Made by a program: the position numbers and the translations under genes. A stretch of 64,000 nt of DNA from an uncultured Clostridia bacterium (lineage in GTDB: Bacteria > Bacillota > Clostridia > Christensenellales > UBA1242), in NCBI GenBank assembly GCA_934749845.1, contig CAKVHQ010000002.1, forward strand, positions 48,962 through 112,961, written 5' to 3'. The first letter of the stretch is position 1. Each line of letters opens with the position of its first letter. Below, one piece after another: positions 38,276 through 46,768 of the stretch. The notes under the pieces were generated by a model. The model was given only the letters and a program-made list of their open reading frames with translations. It did no database searches and was not told where the DNA came from.

Positions 38276-39088
38276 ATGTTTATTATTTTAACAGGAAGTT
38301 CTGGCGTTGGAAAAAACACAGTTATAACAGAAATTGAAAAGAGAAATGACCATTTCAAACTTATGCCAACTTACACCACAAGGCAAAAAAGACCTAACGA
38401 GATTGACGGCTATCCGTTCTATTACATAACAGTTGATGAATTTCAAGAAAAAATCAAAAATGGTGAACTAATCGAACATGAGCATATTCACAATAATTTT
38501 TACGGAAGTTCGTATAAAATTTTAAACGATAACTTAAAAGACAATATCGTCTTGATAAAAGATTTAGGCATTGAAGGTGCTCAAAATTTAACATATAAAA
38601 TTTCGGGAATTACACCTGTTGTAAAAATCTTTTTAACCACCACCAAACATGAACTTAAAAAAAGACTAAAAGGCAGGGGCGAAAAGCAAATTAAGTTAAG
38701 GCTAAAAAGATATAAGCGTGAACAAGGCGAGATAAATAAGTTTGACTATATTATTTATAACAACGATTTATTAAAAACTTGTGATATTATCGAAAATATT
38801 TATGCAATAAACTTAATTGATATTTTGCCAACTAAAAATGTTGAAAAGATAAGCACAAGAAAAATCAATAAATACGCAAGCATGCTAATGCGTGGAAAAA
38901 TCTTAAAGCCAGTCAAAGTTGCTTTACACGACAATCAACTTTACATTATAAAAGGTCATGAAAGATTTATTGCAGGAATTTTAACCAATAAACTTGTGGC
39001 AAAACTAATAGTTGATAAACCAGTTAAAAATGTTAGTGAAGAGCAACAAATTAAATGGAAAGAATTATTAACTCAAAGTGCAAAATAA
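38276..39088 (+). CDS. guanylate-kinase-like domain fused to a C-terminal ParB/Srx-like domain
   Basis: N-terminal: GSSGVGKNT P-loop, TTRQKRPNEIDGYPFYY, E...NFYGSS, Arg-rich lid. C-terminal ~85 aa: KPVKVALHDNQLYIIKGHERFIAG, resembling the ParB/sulfiredoxin DGhHR core. Confidence 0.6.
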   Translation: MFIILTGSSGVGKNTVITEIEKRNDHFKLMPTYTTRQKRPNEIDGYPFYYITVDEFQEKIKNGELIEHEHIHNNFYGSSYKILNDNLKDNIVLIKDLGIEGAQNLTYKISGITPVVKIFLTTTKHELKKRLKGRGEKQIKLRLKRYKREQGEINKFDYIIYNNDLLKTCDIIENIYAINLIDILPTKNVEKISTRKINKYASMLMRGKILKPVKVALHDNQLYIIKGHERFIAGILTNKLVAKLIVDKPVKNVSEEQQIKWKELLTQSAK

Positions 39089-39120
39089 AAAAACAGTAGA
39101 TTATTCTACTGATTTTTTTT
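39087..39120. terminator. bidirectional terminator between convergent genes
   Basis: CAGTAGA/TCTACTG stem flanked by A7 and T8. Overlaps the last codons of the minus-strand HAD gene. Confidence 0.6.
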
Positions 39121-39984
39121 ATCATTTTGCTCTTTTAATTTTAAAAGTTCTTCTTTTTGTTGTTTGCTTAAAGCCTTTAAATTGTGTTTATATTTGCACT
39201 CCATTAAAATTTGTTGAACTAAATTTTCCATTTCGCTACCCTTGGAATAGTCTGCCTCAACAAAATAAGGAATACGATTGTTACTTAAAAGTTCTAGCAT
39301 AGATTTAAAATTAGTATCTTTTTTATCATAAACGCCAATCGCATTTCCGCCACTTTTAACGCACAATCTCATGCAAGGAACATCTGTTAAACTATCTCCA
39401 ACATAAATCATGTTTTCAAATGGAATTCGTCTTTCTTCGTGTTTCATACTGTCGTTAACAGAGTTATCTGTAACATCCATAATTCCTTTGTTTATCCTAA
39501 ACAAAAATTGTGTTTTATTTGTATAGTTTAATGCCTGACCAGCCCAAACAGGTCTGCCATTATCATCAAAAATAAATTGAGAAGCAAAAATTTTAGTAAA
39601 TTCTTTTGCAATAGGGCTTGCTTCCAAAATTTCTTTATTGCCTGATGAAATTATGTAATGCTCAACTTTTATGCCGTTTTTTTGCCCAAAGTCGTTTATT
39701 CTTTTAAACCAAGTTTTAACACCTTTAAACAGTTCAATGTTTTTTCCCAAATTGTTTAAATCTTCTCTTGTAAATGACAAATTGCTTTGTCTGTATTTTT
39801 CCACCATGTAATACATATATCCAGCCGCACCATCGGCTTGATATTTTAAGCAAGTGTTTCTAACTTCCTTCCAAAATTCGTCGGGCGGAATACCAAGTTT
39901 ATCAATAAAGCCATATTCTTGCATATCCTTTGGCGACAACGTTTTGTCAAAATCGTAGCAAATGCCAACAATTAGTTCTTTCAT
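39106..39984 (-). CDS. HAD-superfamily hydrolase
   Basis: Motif I YDFDKT (DxDxT) at the N-terminus and a late GDSLTD motif. Start moved to ATG 39984 (GGAAGG Shine-Dalgarno). Confidence 0.7.
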   Translation of the reverse strand: MKELIVGICYDFDKTLSPKDMQEYGFIDKLGIPPDEFWKEVRNTCLKYQADGAAGYMYYMVEKYRQSNLSFTREDLNNLGKNIELFKGVKTWFKRINDFGQKNGIKVEHYIISSGNKEILEASPIAKEFTKIFASQFIFDDNGRPVWAGQALNYTNKTQFLFRINKGIMDVTDNSVNDSMKHEERRIPFENMIYVGDSLTDVPCMRLCVKSGGNAIGVYDKKDTNFKSMLELLSNNRIPYFVEADYSKGSEMENLVQQILMECKYKHNLKALSKQQKEELLKLKEQNDKKNQ

Positions 39985-40103
39985 AAATACCTTCCTTATA
40001 AATATATAACATATTTTCGACAAAATGTCTACTTGTTTTGCAAAATTATACTAAACCTGAATATTCATATCAATTCTACAAAAACTATTTTTAGGGAGGA
40101 ATT

Positions 40104-40538
40104 ATGGAACAAAATAGAAAAAGAAATTTGCTAAATATGACTTACTACGCACTAGTAACTCTATCCATTTTAATAGGCGTAATTTTTATGATTTATTTAG
40201 CAACTCAAACTGTAACACTATACGCTAAAATTTGCTACTGGATTATAGCCGATTTAATTATTGGCATAGTTATTTTTGACATTATATGTACTAATATAAA
40301 AAAGTTTAAATATATCGTAGGCATAATTTTATACATAACTACGCTTGTTGTGTTTGCCTTGTCAGTAATTTTTTACATAACTTTAAGCACAAACTTAATT
40401 TTGCCAGTAGCACAACTTTTTGCTTATCTCGCACCATTCACAATGTCCTATATGATGATTATTTTCACAATAATATTATTTAATATAGGTCTAATTTTGG
40501 TGGAAAATAAGCCAAAAAGAACAAGGGCAGTGAAGTAA
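40104..40538 (+). CDS. small polytopic membrane protein (hypothetical)
   Basis: Four hydrophobic helices. GGGAGG Shine-Dalgarno. Confidence 0.6.
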   Translation: MEQNRKRNLLNMTYYALVTLSILIGVIFMIYLATQTVTLYAKICYWIIADLIIGIVIFDIICTNIKKFKYIVGIILYITTLVVFALSVIFYITLSTNLILPVAQLFAYLAPFTMSYMMIIFTIILFNIGLILVENKPKRTRAVK

Positions 40539-40575
40539 TTGCCACTCTAATAAAAAATCCCGCAAAGACGGGATT

Positions 40576-41262
40576 TTATTTTTTATAGTGTATTATCATT
40601 TTATCTTCTTTGTCTAAATACTGTGCAAGAATTATATTTTTAAGTTGTTTTTTGTTTTCTACCCCTAGTTTTTCAAACAACCATTCTTCATCTTTGTTTA
40701 AATCGGTTAAACTAGAGTGGGAAACAAGCCCGTCAATTACCATATAGTATGATAAACTTGGCTTTTCTGCCTTAATATTAAAGTCCTCAACAACTGTTGG
40801 CTTTTGCTCCGCCTTGGGCAAAATGCTAATTTGACCACTATTTTCAAAAATTGCATAAGCGATGTCGTTTAAGTTAAAATAGCCTTGTTCTCGGCATAGC
40901 GCCAAAACTTCGTTAACATCCAACTTGCTTTTTTTCAAAAAATCGTATTGTATCTTTCCATCATAAATTATCGTTAACGGCTTGCCTTTAAAAAACTTTT
41001 TCATTAAAGGACCTTTTCTGCCAAGCAAAGTCACGCATAAATCAAAAAGGAAAAACACTGCCATTGCAACTAAATAGTACCAAAAAGGTGAGTCGGAAAG
41101 GTCAGTTGCCATTTCGGCAGCAATAGAGCCTATTGATATTCCCATTACATAATCAATAAATTCGAGTTGTGCAATTTGCTTTTTTCCGCTAAACTTGCTT
41201 ATAATAAACAAAAATACCACACTGCCTAAACTCATCAATAACAATTTAATAACTTCATTCAT
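40576..41262 (-). CDS. DUF421/YetF-like membrane protein
   Basis: N-terminal TM helices plus a C-terminal ...LDVNEVLALCREQGYFNLNDIAYAIFENSGQISILPK pattern typical of YetF/YdfS proteins. Confidence 0.6.
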   Translation of the reverse strand: MNEVIKLLLMSLGSVVFLFIISKFSGKKQIAQLEFIDYVMGISIGSIAAEMATDLSDSPFWYYLVAMAVFFLFDLCVTLLGRKGPLMKKFFKGKPLTIIYDGKIQYDFLKKSKLDVNEVLALCREQGYFNLNDIAYAIFENSGQISILPKAEQKPTVVEDFNIKAEKPSLSYYMVIDGLVSHSSLTDLNKDEEWLFEKLGVENKKQLKNIILAQYLDKEDKMIIHYKK

Positions 41263-41339
41263 AACCTAAAGTATTGACACTAACCAAAATACTAAACTAA
41301 AAATATTCTAAAAAAATAGATAAAAATAAAAAATTTTCC

Positions 41340-41368
41340 TTGACAAAATATTTATTTTATAATAATAT
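41340..41368 (+). promoter_or_regulatory. promoter of the tRNA cluster
   Basis: TTGACA-17 nt-TAATAT, 19 nt upstream of the first tRNA. Confidence 0.6.
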
Positions 41369-41386
41369 AGGTAAGTCAGTGTTTAT

Positions 41387-41462
41387 CGAGGTGTAGCGCA
41401 GCTGGTAGCGCACGTGGTTTGGGACCATGGGGTCGGGAGTTCGAATCTCTTCACCTCGACCA
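41387..41462 (+). tRNA. tRNA-Pro (anticodon TGG)
   Basis: Cloverleaf read by eye: acceptor CGAGGTG/CACCTCG, anticodon loop TTTGGGA, TTCGAAT T-loop, encoded CCA. Confidence 0.85.
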
Positions 41463-41480
41463 TTGTTTAGCAAAGTTTAC

Positions 41481-41557
41481 GGGCCTTTAGCTCAGTTGGT
41501 TAGAGCAGCCGGCTCATAACCGGCCGGTCCGCGGTTCAAGTCCGTGAAGGCCCACCA
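41481..41557 (+). tRNA. tRNA with CAT anticodon (Met, or Ile2 after lysidine modification)
   Basis: GGGCCTT/AAGGCCC acceptor, anticodon loop CTCATAA, encoded CCA. Resembles Firmicute Ile2(CAU) tRNAs. Confidence 0.8.
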
Positions 41558-41589
41558 GTCTTTGTTAAACACAAACACATAGGATAAAT

Positions 41590-41666
41590 GGCTTGGTAGC
41601 TCAGCTGGTTAGAGCGCCGCCCTGTCACGGCGGAGGTCGAGGGTTCGAACCCCTTCCGAGTCGCCA
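41590..41666 (+). tRNA. tRNA-Asp (anticodon GTC)
   Basis: GGCTTGG.../CCGAGTC acceptor, anticodon loop CTGTCAC, encoded CCA. Confidence 0.85.
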
Positions 41667-41726
41667 TTATCTTTAAAATTTCACATGAATTTTAGGGATT
41701 TTCATGTTTCAAGATATTTTTGAAAT

Positions 41727-41802
41727 GCCTCGATAGCTCAGTCGGTAGAGCAAGGGACTGAAAATCCCTGTGTCGGTGGTTCGATTCCGCCTCGAGGCAC
41801 CA
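41727..41802 (+). tRNA. tRNA-Phe (anticodon GAA)
   Basis: GCCTCGA/TCGAGGC acceptor, anticodon loop CTGAAAA, encoded CCA. Confidence 0.88.
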
Positions 41803-41827
41803 ATATTTTGAAATGTGAAATAATCAT

Positions 41828-41903
41828 GCTGGTGTGGCTCAATTGGCAGAGCAGCTGATTTGTAATCAGCAGGTTGACGGTTCAAGTCCGCCCACCAGCT
41901 CCA
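41828..41903 (+). tRNA. tRNA-Thr (anticodon TGT)
   Basis: GCTGGTG/CACCAGC acceptor, anticodon loop TTTGTAA, encoded CCA. Confidence 0.85.
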
Positions 41904-41947
41904 TTGTTTTATGATATAACTAACCCGATATTATAAAACATATTCGA

Positions 41948-42033
41948 GGGTAGGTGCCCGAGGGGCCAATGGGAGCAGACTGTAAATCTGCCGGCTCACG
42001 CCTACGGTGGTTCGAATCCATCCCTACCCACCA
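41948..42033 (+). tRNA. tRNA-Tyr (anticodon GTA), long variable arm
   Basis: GGGTAGG/CCTACCC acceptor, anticodon loop CTGTAAA, long variable arm, encoded CCA. Confidence 0.82.
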
Positions 42034-42040
42034 GTTAAAA

Positions 42041-42066
42041 GCAACGAGTAAAATCGTTGCTTTTTT
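42041..42066 (+). terminator. terminator after the tRNA cluster
   Basis: GCAACGA/TCGTTGC stem plus T6. Confidence 0.7.
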
Positions 42067-42394
42067 GTTTTTGTTTTATAACTAATGCTTATATTTTATG
42101 GATTCACTTTATCTTAACTTTACTAGTTTTTATTTTAAATTTATTTAACTAAATACTGTTCTGTCAGTTTACGATTAAAATACAAGTTATTATTTTGTGC
42201 CATCATTTTTCCTTTTATATTAGTCTTATACATAAAGACTTAAGATTTTTATCCCATAAAATAGTTGAGTATGAATATTAGTGCTAAAGTATTTAAAATG
42301 AAATCGATATAATGTAAATTACTAAATATGTATAAGCAATCTACTTCCACCATTTATTAAAGTAAGCATAAAAAAACTGAATTAAATTCAGTTT

Positions 42395-42895
42395 TTATAG
42401 TTCTTCAATCAAGTCCGCTATATCGAAAAGTTCAACGCTATTTTTAATATCTTTTTCTAAATCATTTTTAAAACCGCTAACAATTTCTTGCAGATTAAAA
42501 TTCCTATCGGTTTGCTTTAGTTGTTTTAATGTTCTAGTAGAGAGTATAGCCTTTTGCAAAATCCACAAATCAAGTTTGGATAGTTGGTTGTTGGGCGACA
42601 TTTGATAGAATTGAGGCATTGCTTGTTTGAATGTTAAAATGTTTATACTGTTTTCATCATTTTGCTTAACTATAAACTCAGCCATATCACTATCTTCGCC
42701 CAAAATGTATTTTTGTCCAGTTAAAATTTCTGTGTAAAACTTGCCATTTTTTACAAACATGCGCAATTGTGCAGTTGGTTCTTTTCCTTCTTCAAAAGCA
42801 TATGAGTTTGCCACCAATATATCTTTAAGACTAAACATTTTTTTGTTCATTAAATCTAATTCATCTTCAATCATTTTTTGCTTTGTGTCCTTCAT
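42395..42895 (-). CDS. hypothetical acidic protein (166 aa)
   Basis: AGGAGA Shine-Dalgarno, TTGACA-type promoter upstream, hairpin terminator ACTGAAT/ATTCAGT downstream. No recognisable motif. Confidence 0.6.
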   Translation of the reverse strand: MKDTKQKMIEDELDLMNKKMFSLKDILVANSYAFEEGKEPTAQLRMFVKNGKFYTEILTGQKYILGEDSDMAEFIVKQNDENSINILTFKQAMPQFYQMSPNNQLSKLDLWILQKAILSTRTLKQLKQTDRNFNLQEIVSGFKNDLEKDIKNSVELFDIADLIEEL

Positions 42896-42988
42896 AGTAA
42901 TTTCTCCTATATTTAATTTATCATAAATTTATATTTTGTCAATAGCAAATCTTTGTATTTGCTTTTTTTACGCCCTAAAAAGTCATGT

Positions 42989-42995
42989 TTCGACA
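42989..42995 (-). promoter_or_regulatory. Spo0A box (TGTCGAA) upstream of the spoIIA operon
   Basis: Exact 0A-box heptamer on the minus strand, ~85 nt upstream of the spoIIAA ATG. Confidence 0.45.
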
Positions 42996-43079
42996 TTAAC
43001 TCTAAATTTTTTTAGTTAACGATGTGCTAGCATATAACTACGATTTTTCAAGCAAAGTGTACATAAAAGGAGAGGAAAT

Positions 43080-43388
43080 ATGGAAATTAAACACAGAATT
43101 TACAACAACATTTTATATCTAGTGCTTTGCGGAGAACTTGACGAAAACAGTTCGCATTTTGTTAAAGCCACCGTTGATAACTTATTTGAAGAAAATAAGT
43201 TTAAAGAGGTTATTATCGACTTGTCCGAACTTGAATTTATGGATTCTACAGGCGTTGGAGTGCTGATTGGAAGATACAAAAAAATGAAGGAAAGAAACAT
43301 TCCAATTTATATATGCAACCCTTCAAAACATGCTGAAAAAATCTTTAAAATGACAGGCTTATATGGCATCATGCCAAAAATTAAATAG
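43080..43388 (+). CDS. spoIIAA: anti-sigma-F factor antagonist SpoIIAA (STAS)
   Basis: STAS domain with phosphorylatable Ser in DLSELEFMDSTGVGVL. First gene of the spoIIAA-AB-sigF operon. Confidence 0.92.
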   Translation: MEIKHRIYNNILYLVLCGELDENSSHFVKATVDNLFEENKFKEVIIDLSELEFMDSTGVGVLIGRYKKMKERNIPIYICNPSKHAEKIFKMTGLYGIMPKIK

Positions 43389-43400
43389 AGGAGAAATAAA

Positions 43401-43850
43401 ATGGAATTACTTAATGAAATGACTTTGACTGTAAAAGCAATTTCCGTCAACGAGGGATTTGTTAGAAGTGCTATTGCGGCTTTTTGCGTGGAAGCAAACC
43501 CAACATTAGACGAAATTACAGACATTAAAACAGCAGTGAGTGAGGCAGTAACTAATTCGGTTGTTCATGCCTATCCAGATAAAGTTGGCGAAATTTTAGT
43601 TAAAGTTAAATTGTACTCAAAATGCGTTGATATAACGATAACCGACTATGGAAAAGGAATTGACAATATCGAACAAGCAAAAGAACCATTTTTTACAACC
43701 AAGCCAGAGCAAGAAAGAAGTGGAATGGGCTTTACCGTTATGGAAAGTTTTATGGACGAATTTAGTGTGGAACGAAACAGAGGAAAGGGCATAACCATAC
43801 GAATGAAAAAAAAATTAGGGAGTGAGCAAAAACAAGTTGTGGGAGCATAG
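43401..43850 (+). CDS. spoIIAB: anti-sigma-F factor / serine kinase SpoIIAB
   Basis: GHKL N-box EAVTNSVVHAY and G-boxes DYGKGI and ERSGMGF. Confidence 0.93.
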   Translation: MELLNEMTLTVKAISVNEGFVRSAIAAFCVEANPTLDEITDIKTAVSEAVTNSVVHAYPDKVGEILVKVKLYSKCVDITITDYGKGIDNIEQAKEPFFTTKPEQERSGMGFTVMESFMDEFSVERNRGKGITIRMKKKLGSEQKQVVGA

Positions 43851-43852
43851 AC

Positions 43853-44581
43853 ATGCTCGACCATACAAAAACTCTAGAACTTATTGTCCAAGCCCAAAAG
43901 GGAGATGAACAAGCAAAAACAATTTTGCTTGAGGAAAATTCGCCCTTAATTAAAAGCATAATCAAGCCATATCGGTTCAAAGGAATTGAATATGACGATT
44001 TATACCAACTGGGTTGTTTGGGCTTTATAAAAGCAATTTCAAACTTCAATCCCGAGTTCAACACAAAGTTTTCAACCTACGCCGTGCCTATGATTGCAGG
44101 CGAAGTAAAACGATTTATGAGAGATGATGGCTCAATAAAGGTTAGCAGGGCTTTGAAATCGTTAAATATTCAAATAAACAGGTTTATCCTTGAATTTAAA
44201 GCAAGCAACAACAACGAAAATCCATCAATCGAGCAAATTGCCAAGCATTTCAAAATGGACCAACAAGAAATCGTTTTCGCAATGGACAGCAAAAAAGCAC
44301 TTTTATCGTTAGATGAAAAACAAGACGAAAGTAATCCTCGCTCAAGGTCGATAATGGAAGCCATTGAAGAACCAAACGCCATGGATAATATGATTGATAA
44401 CATATTGCTTAAAGACATATTAAATTCGCTTCCAACAAGAGAAAGAAAAATCATAGCATTAAGATATTTTGAGGACCAAACTCAAAGCGAAATTGCACAA
44501 AAACTAGGGGTTTCTCAAGTTCAAGTGTCAAGGTTAGAATGTAAGATTTTAGAAAAATTAAAAGCCAGATTTAAAGATTAA
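43853..44581 (+). CDS. sigF: sporulation sigma factor SigF
   Basis: Sigma70 regions 2-4 (YDDLYQLGCLGFIKAISNF, FSTYAVPMIAGEVKRFMRD). Operon position. Confidence 0.93.
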   Translation: MLDHTKTLELIVQAQKGDEQAKTILLEENSPLIKSIIKPYRFKGIEYDDLYQLGCLGFIKAISNFNPEFNTKFSTYAVPMIAGEVKRFMRDDGSIKVSRALKSLNIQINRFILEFKASNNNENPSIEQIAKHFKMDQQEIVFAMDSKKALLSLDEKQDESNPRSRSIMEAIEEPNAMDNMIDNILLKDILNSLPTRERKIIALRYFEDQTQSEIAQKLGVSQVQVSRLECKILEKLKARFKD

Positions 44582-44606
44582 AGCATCTACATAGTAGATG
44601 CTTTTT
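44582..44606. terminator. bidirectional terminator shared by sigF and the convergent lipoprotein gene
   Basis: AGCATCTAC/GTAGATGCT stem plus T-run. Overlaps the last codons of the minus-strand gene. Confidence 0.6.
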
Positions 44607-46653
44607 CGTTATTATCAATACTTTTGTCGTTATCGTTTTCAATCTTTTGCACTTCTTCCATTTGACCATTTTCCTTGTTTTCAACAAGTTCAGTTTTGTT
44701 TTGTTCTTTTTCCATTTTGTCTGGGTCGAATGGGTTAGGTAGTGGACTGTTAACCACAGGCGCGTTTGTTTGTTGTTCTTCCAAGTTTGTTTTATCTTCC
44801 AACACAACTGGTTTTTCATTTTTCTTTGCTTCTAGGGTTGTAAATTCTTTCTTTGCAGGAATCTCAACAGTCGCAGTGTTTTCATTTACTTGATTGTTTA
44901 ATTTTTCATCAGTCTTGTTTAAAACTTGCTTATCTTGAATGTTTGTGTTTGGTTCAGTATTGTTAAGCACATTTTCTTTTTGTTCACTAGTATTATTGTC
45001 TTGGTTTAAAACAACATCATCGTTCTTATTTTCTTCATCAATAATAACATTTTCGTTAGAGTTTGGTTCTTGACCGTAAATGTAATCTTTGCCGTAAGTA
45101 TCAATATTAGTATAAATATTTTGGTAAGTATCAATATTTCTTGGCATTAGGGCGTATGTGTCTATATTAGGCATGTTTTTGTAGTAGCCATAACCATAGT
45201 TCCCATTTGGATAATATCCGTTACCGTAAACACCATTCATGTTGTTTGCGTTATTATATCCGTTTGCTCTGTTAGCCATATAATTTGAATAATTATTTGC
45301 TATTCCTTGATTAAGTGAAGGATTAGTTACATTTTGATTTGTCATAGGTGGAATTGGTTTTCCAGCAACAGAAGAGGGTGGGAAAACCCTATCTGATCGT
45401 TTTACAACTGTCTTTGTGTTTTGTTCATTTTTAATAGGAACTGCGTTAGAGTTTTCGTATTTTTCCAAATTTGTATTTTCCACTTTTGTAGTTTGCATAG
45501 CACTGATTTTATTCGATTTTTCAGTGTTTTTTCTACTTTGCATAGCACTTAATATTTTTTGTTTTAATGGTCCATAAAACTTTTTTATACCAGAGTTGTT
45601 TGTGCTGTTATTACTCACATTTTTTGCAGTGTAAGTTTTGTTAGTGTTGTTATTTGCAATCTTATTTATTTGAGTTGTAGAATTCTTTAAAGTTTGTTCA
45701 GTGGTAGTTGTGTCGCACTGACCATTTGGACAAATAATGTTGTTCAAATCGTTTATGCAACTAATGCAATCGTTCATGTCTTGAATTCTTGTATCTAAAC
45801 ACATTCCAATTTTTCCGTAACAAGAGCAGAGAGAATCAAAGTTGCCATAATAATTTTTAAGCAAAGGTTTTAAAGTTGAAAGTAGAGAATTTAAATCTCC
45901 TTTAGTTGAATTTAACTTGCTTAAGCAATCGTTTAATTTACCTAAACATGTGTTACATTCTTCAATTTGGCTATCGGTTAATTGAATTGAACCATCGTTT
46001 AATTTATCGCATAAAGATTTGCAGTTGTTGCAAGCAATTTTTAGTTGTTGTCTGCAATTATTGCACTCTGCGTTAGCACAAATACAATCCGAACAAGTGT
46101 TATACAAATCTTCTATTTTTGCAAAATAGTTTTGTAAATTATCAGTTGTGAAATTTTCACTTGTAGAATTTACATATTTTGGTTGATATTCAAAATTTCT
46201 AACTTTATCTTGATTAGTTTTAACATTATTGCCATTGTTATTATTGCTATCAAACAAATCGTTGTTTATTTTTCTAACAGTAAAATTATCTTTAACATAG
46301 TTATTATTTGAATCGTAAAATCCAATTTTTTTAGGCAAATAGGTGTTTGAACTTGTACCAACTTTTTTGGTATTAGTTAGGGTATAATTATTTGTTGAAT
46401 TGTAAGTTTTTTTGCTTACATTTCCTGTTGTAGCAGTATTAGTATTTCCGCTAGATATTGGGGAAATATCCTTAATTTCCAACTGTACATCAGTTGCACT
46501 ATCCAAGTTGTTTAAAACTTGAACAATTTTTTGTGTTTCCTTATTTATTTTGTTGCTAACTTGTTTTGCTGTTTTTGCTTCGCCACAGCCAACTAATAAA
46601 ACTGCTGTGATTAAAGCCAAAATTAAAACAAATGAACGCTTCAAATGCTTCAT
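44587..46653 (-). CDS. large Asn/Tyr-rich lipoprotein with a Cys-rich central module (hypothetical)
   Basis: Lipobox LLVGC-G. Many Cys residues in ~130 aa (CSDCICANAECNNCRQQLKIACNNCKSLC...). NIDTY repeats and Gly/Tyr/Asn-rich stretches. Confidence 0.7.
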   Translation of the reverse strand: MKHLKRSFVLILALITAVLLVGCGEAKTAKQVSNKINKETQKIVQVLNNLDSATDVQLEIKDISPISSGNTNTATTGNVSKKTYNSTNNYTLTNTKKVGTSSNTYLPKKIGFYDSNNNYVKDNFTVRKINNDLFDSNNNNGNNVKTNQDKVRNFEYQPKYVNSTSENFTTDNLQNYFAKIEDLYNTCSDCICANAECNNCRQQLKIACNNCKSLCDKLNDGSIQLTDSQIEECNTCLGKLNDCLSKLNSTKGDLNSLLSTLKPLLKNYYGNFDSLCSCYGKIGMCLDTRIQDMNDCISCINDLNNIICPNGQCDTTTTEQTLKNSTTQINKIANNNTNKTYTAKNVSNNSTNNSGIKKFYGPLKQKILSAMQSRKNTEKSNKISAMQTTKVENTNLEKYENSNAVPIKNEQNTKTVVKRSDRVFPPSSVAGKPIPPMTNQNVTNPSLNQGIANNYSNYMANRANGYNNANNMNGVYGNGYYPNGNYGYGYYKNMPNIDTYALMPRNIDTYQNIYTNIDTYGKDYIYGQEPNSNENVIIDEENKNDDVVLNQDNNTSEQKENVLNNTEPNTNIQDKQVLNKTDEKLNNQVNENTATVEIPAKKEFTTLEAKKNEKPVVLEDKTNLEEQQTNAPVVNSPLPNPFDPDKMEKEQNKTELVENKENGQMEEVQKIENDNDKSIDNNEKASTM
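45491..45549. repeat. copy of the dispersed repeat embedded in coding sequence
   Basis: GTTTGCATAGCAC-TGATTTTAT-TCGATTTTTCAG-...-TTTGCATAGCAC. The first ~35 nt are nearly identical to 27531-27566. Confidence 0.75.
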
Positions 46654-46768
46654 AAAATATCCTCCGTTTTTAACTATTGATAGTTTGTACAGTTTTGCAA
46701 AATTTATTTATTAAAAAAAGTGTATATTTGGAAAAAATTGGCAATAAATAAAAGCGGAGATATGTAAA

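Noticed and set aside
41387-42033. tRNA cluster as an att site with flanking direct repeats
   Set aside because: I found no duplicated tRNA 3' end in the downstream 1 kb.
42150-42211. 19-aa minus-strand ORF (MMAQNNNLYFNRKLTEQYLVK) in the AT-rich tract after the tRNA cluster
   Set aside because: It has only a marginal AGGA Shine-Dalgarno with short spacing. ORFs of this size arise by chance in AT-rich DNA.
46721-46750. Sigma-G promoter for spoVA (TGTATA ... CAATAAATA)
   Set aside because: The spacing does not fit the GnATR-N17/18-CATnnTA consensus cleanly, so it is too weak to annotate.
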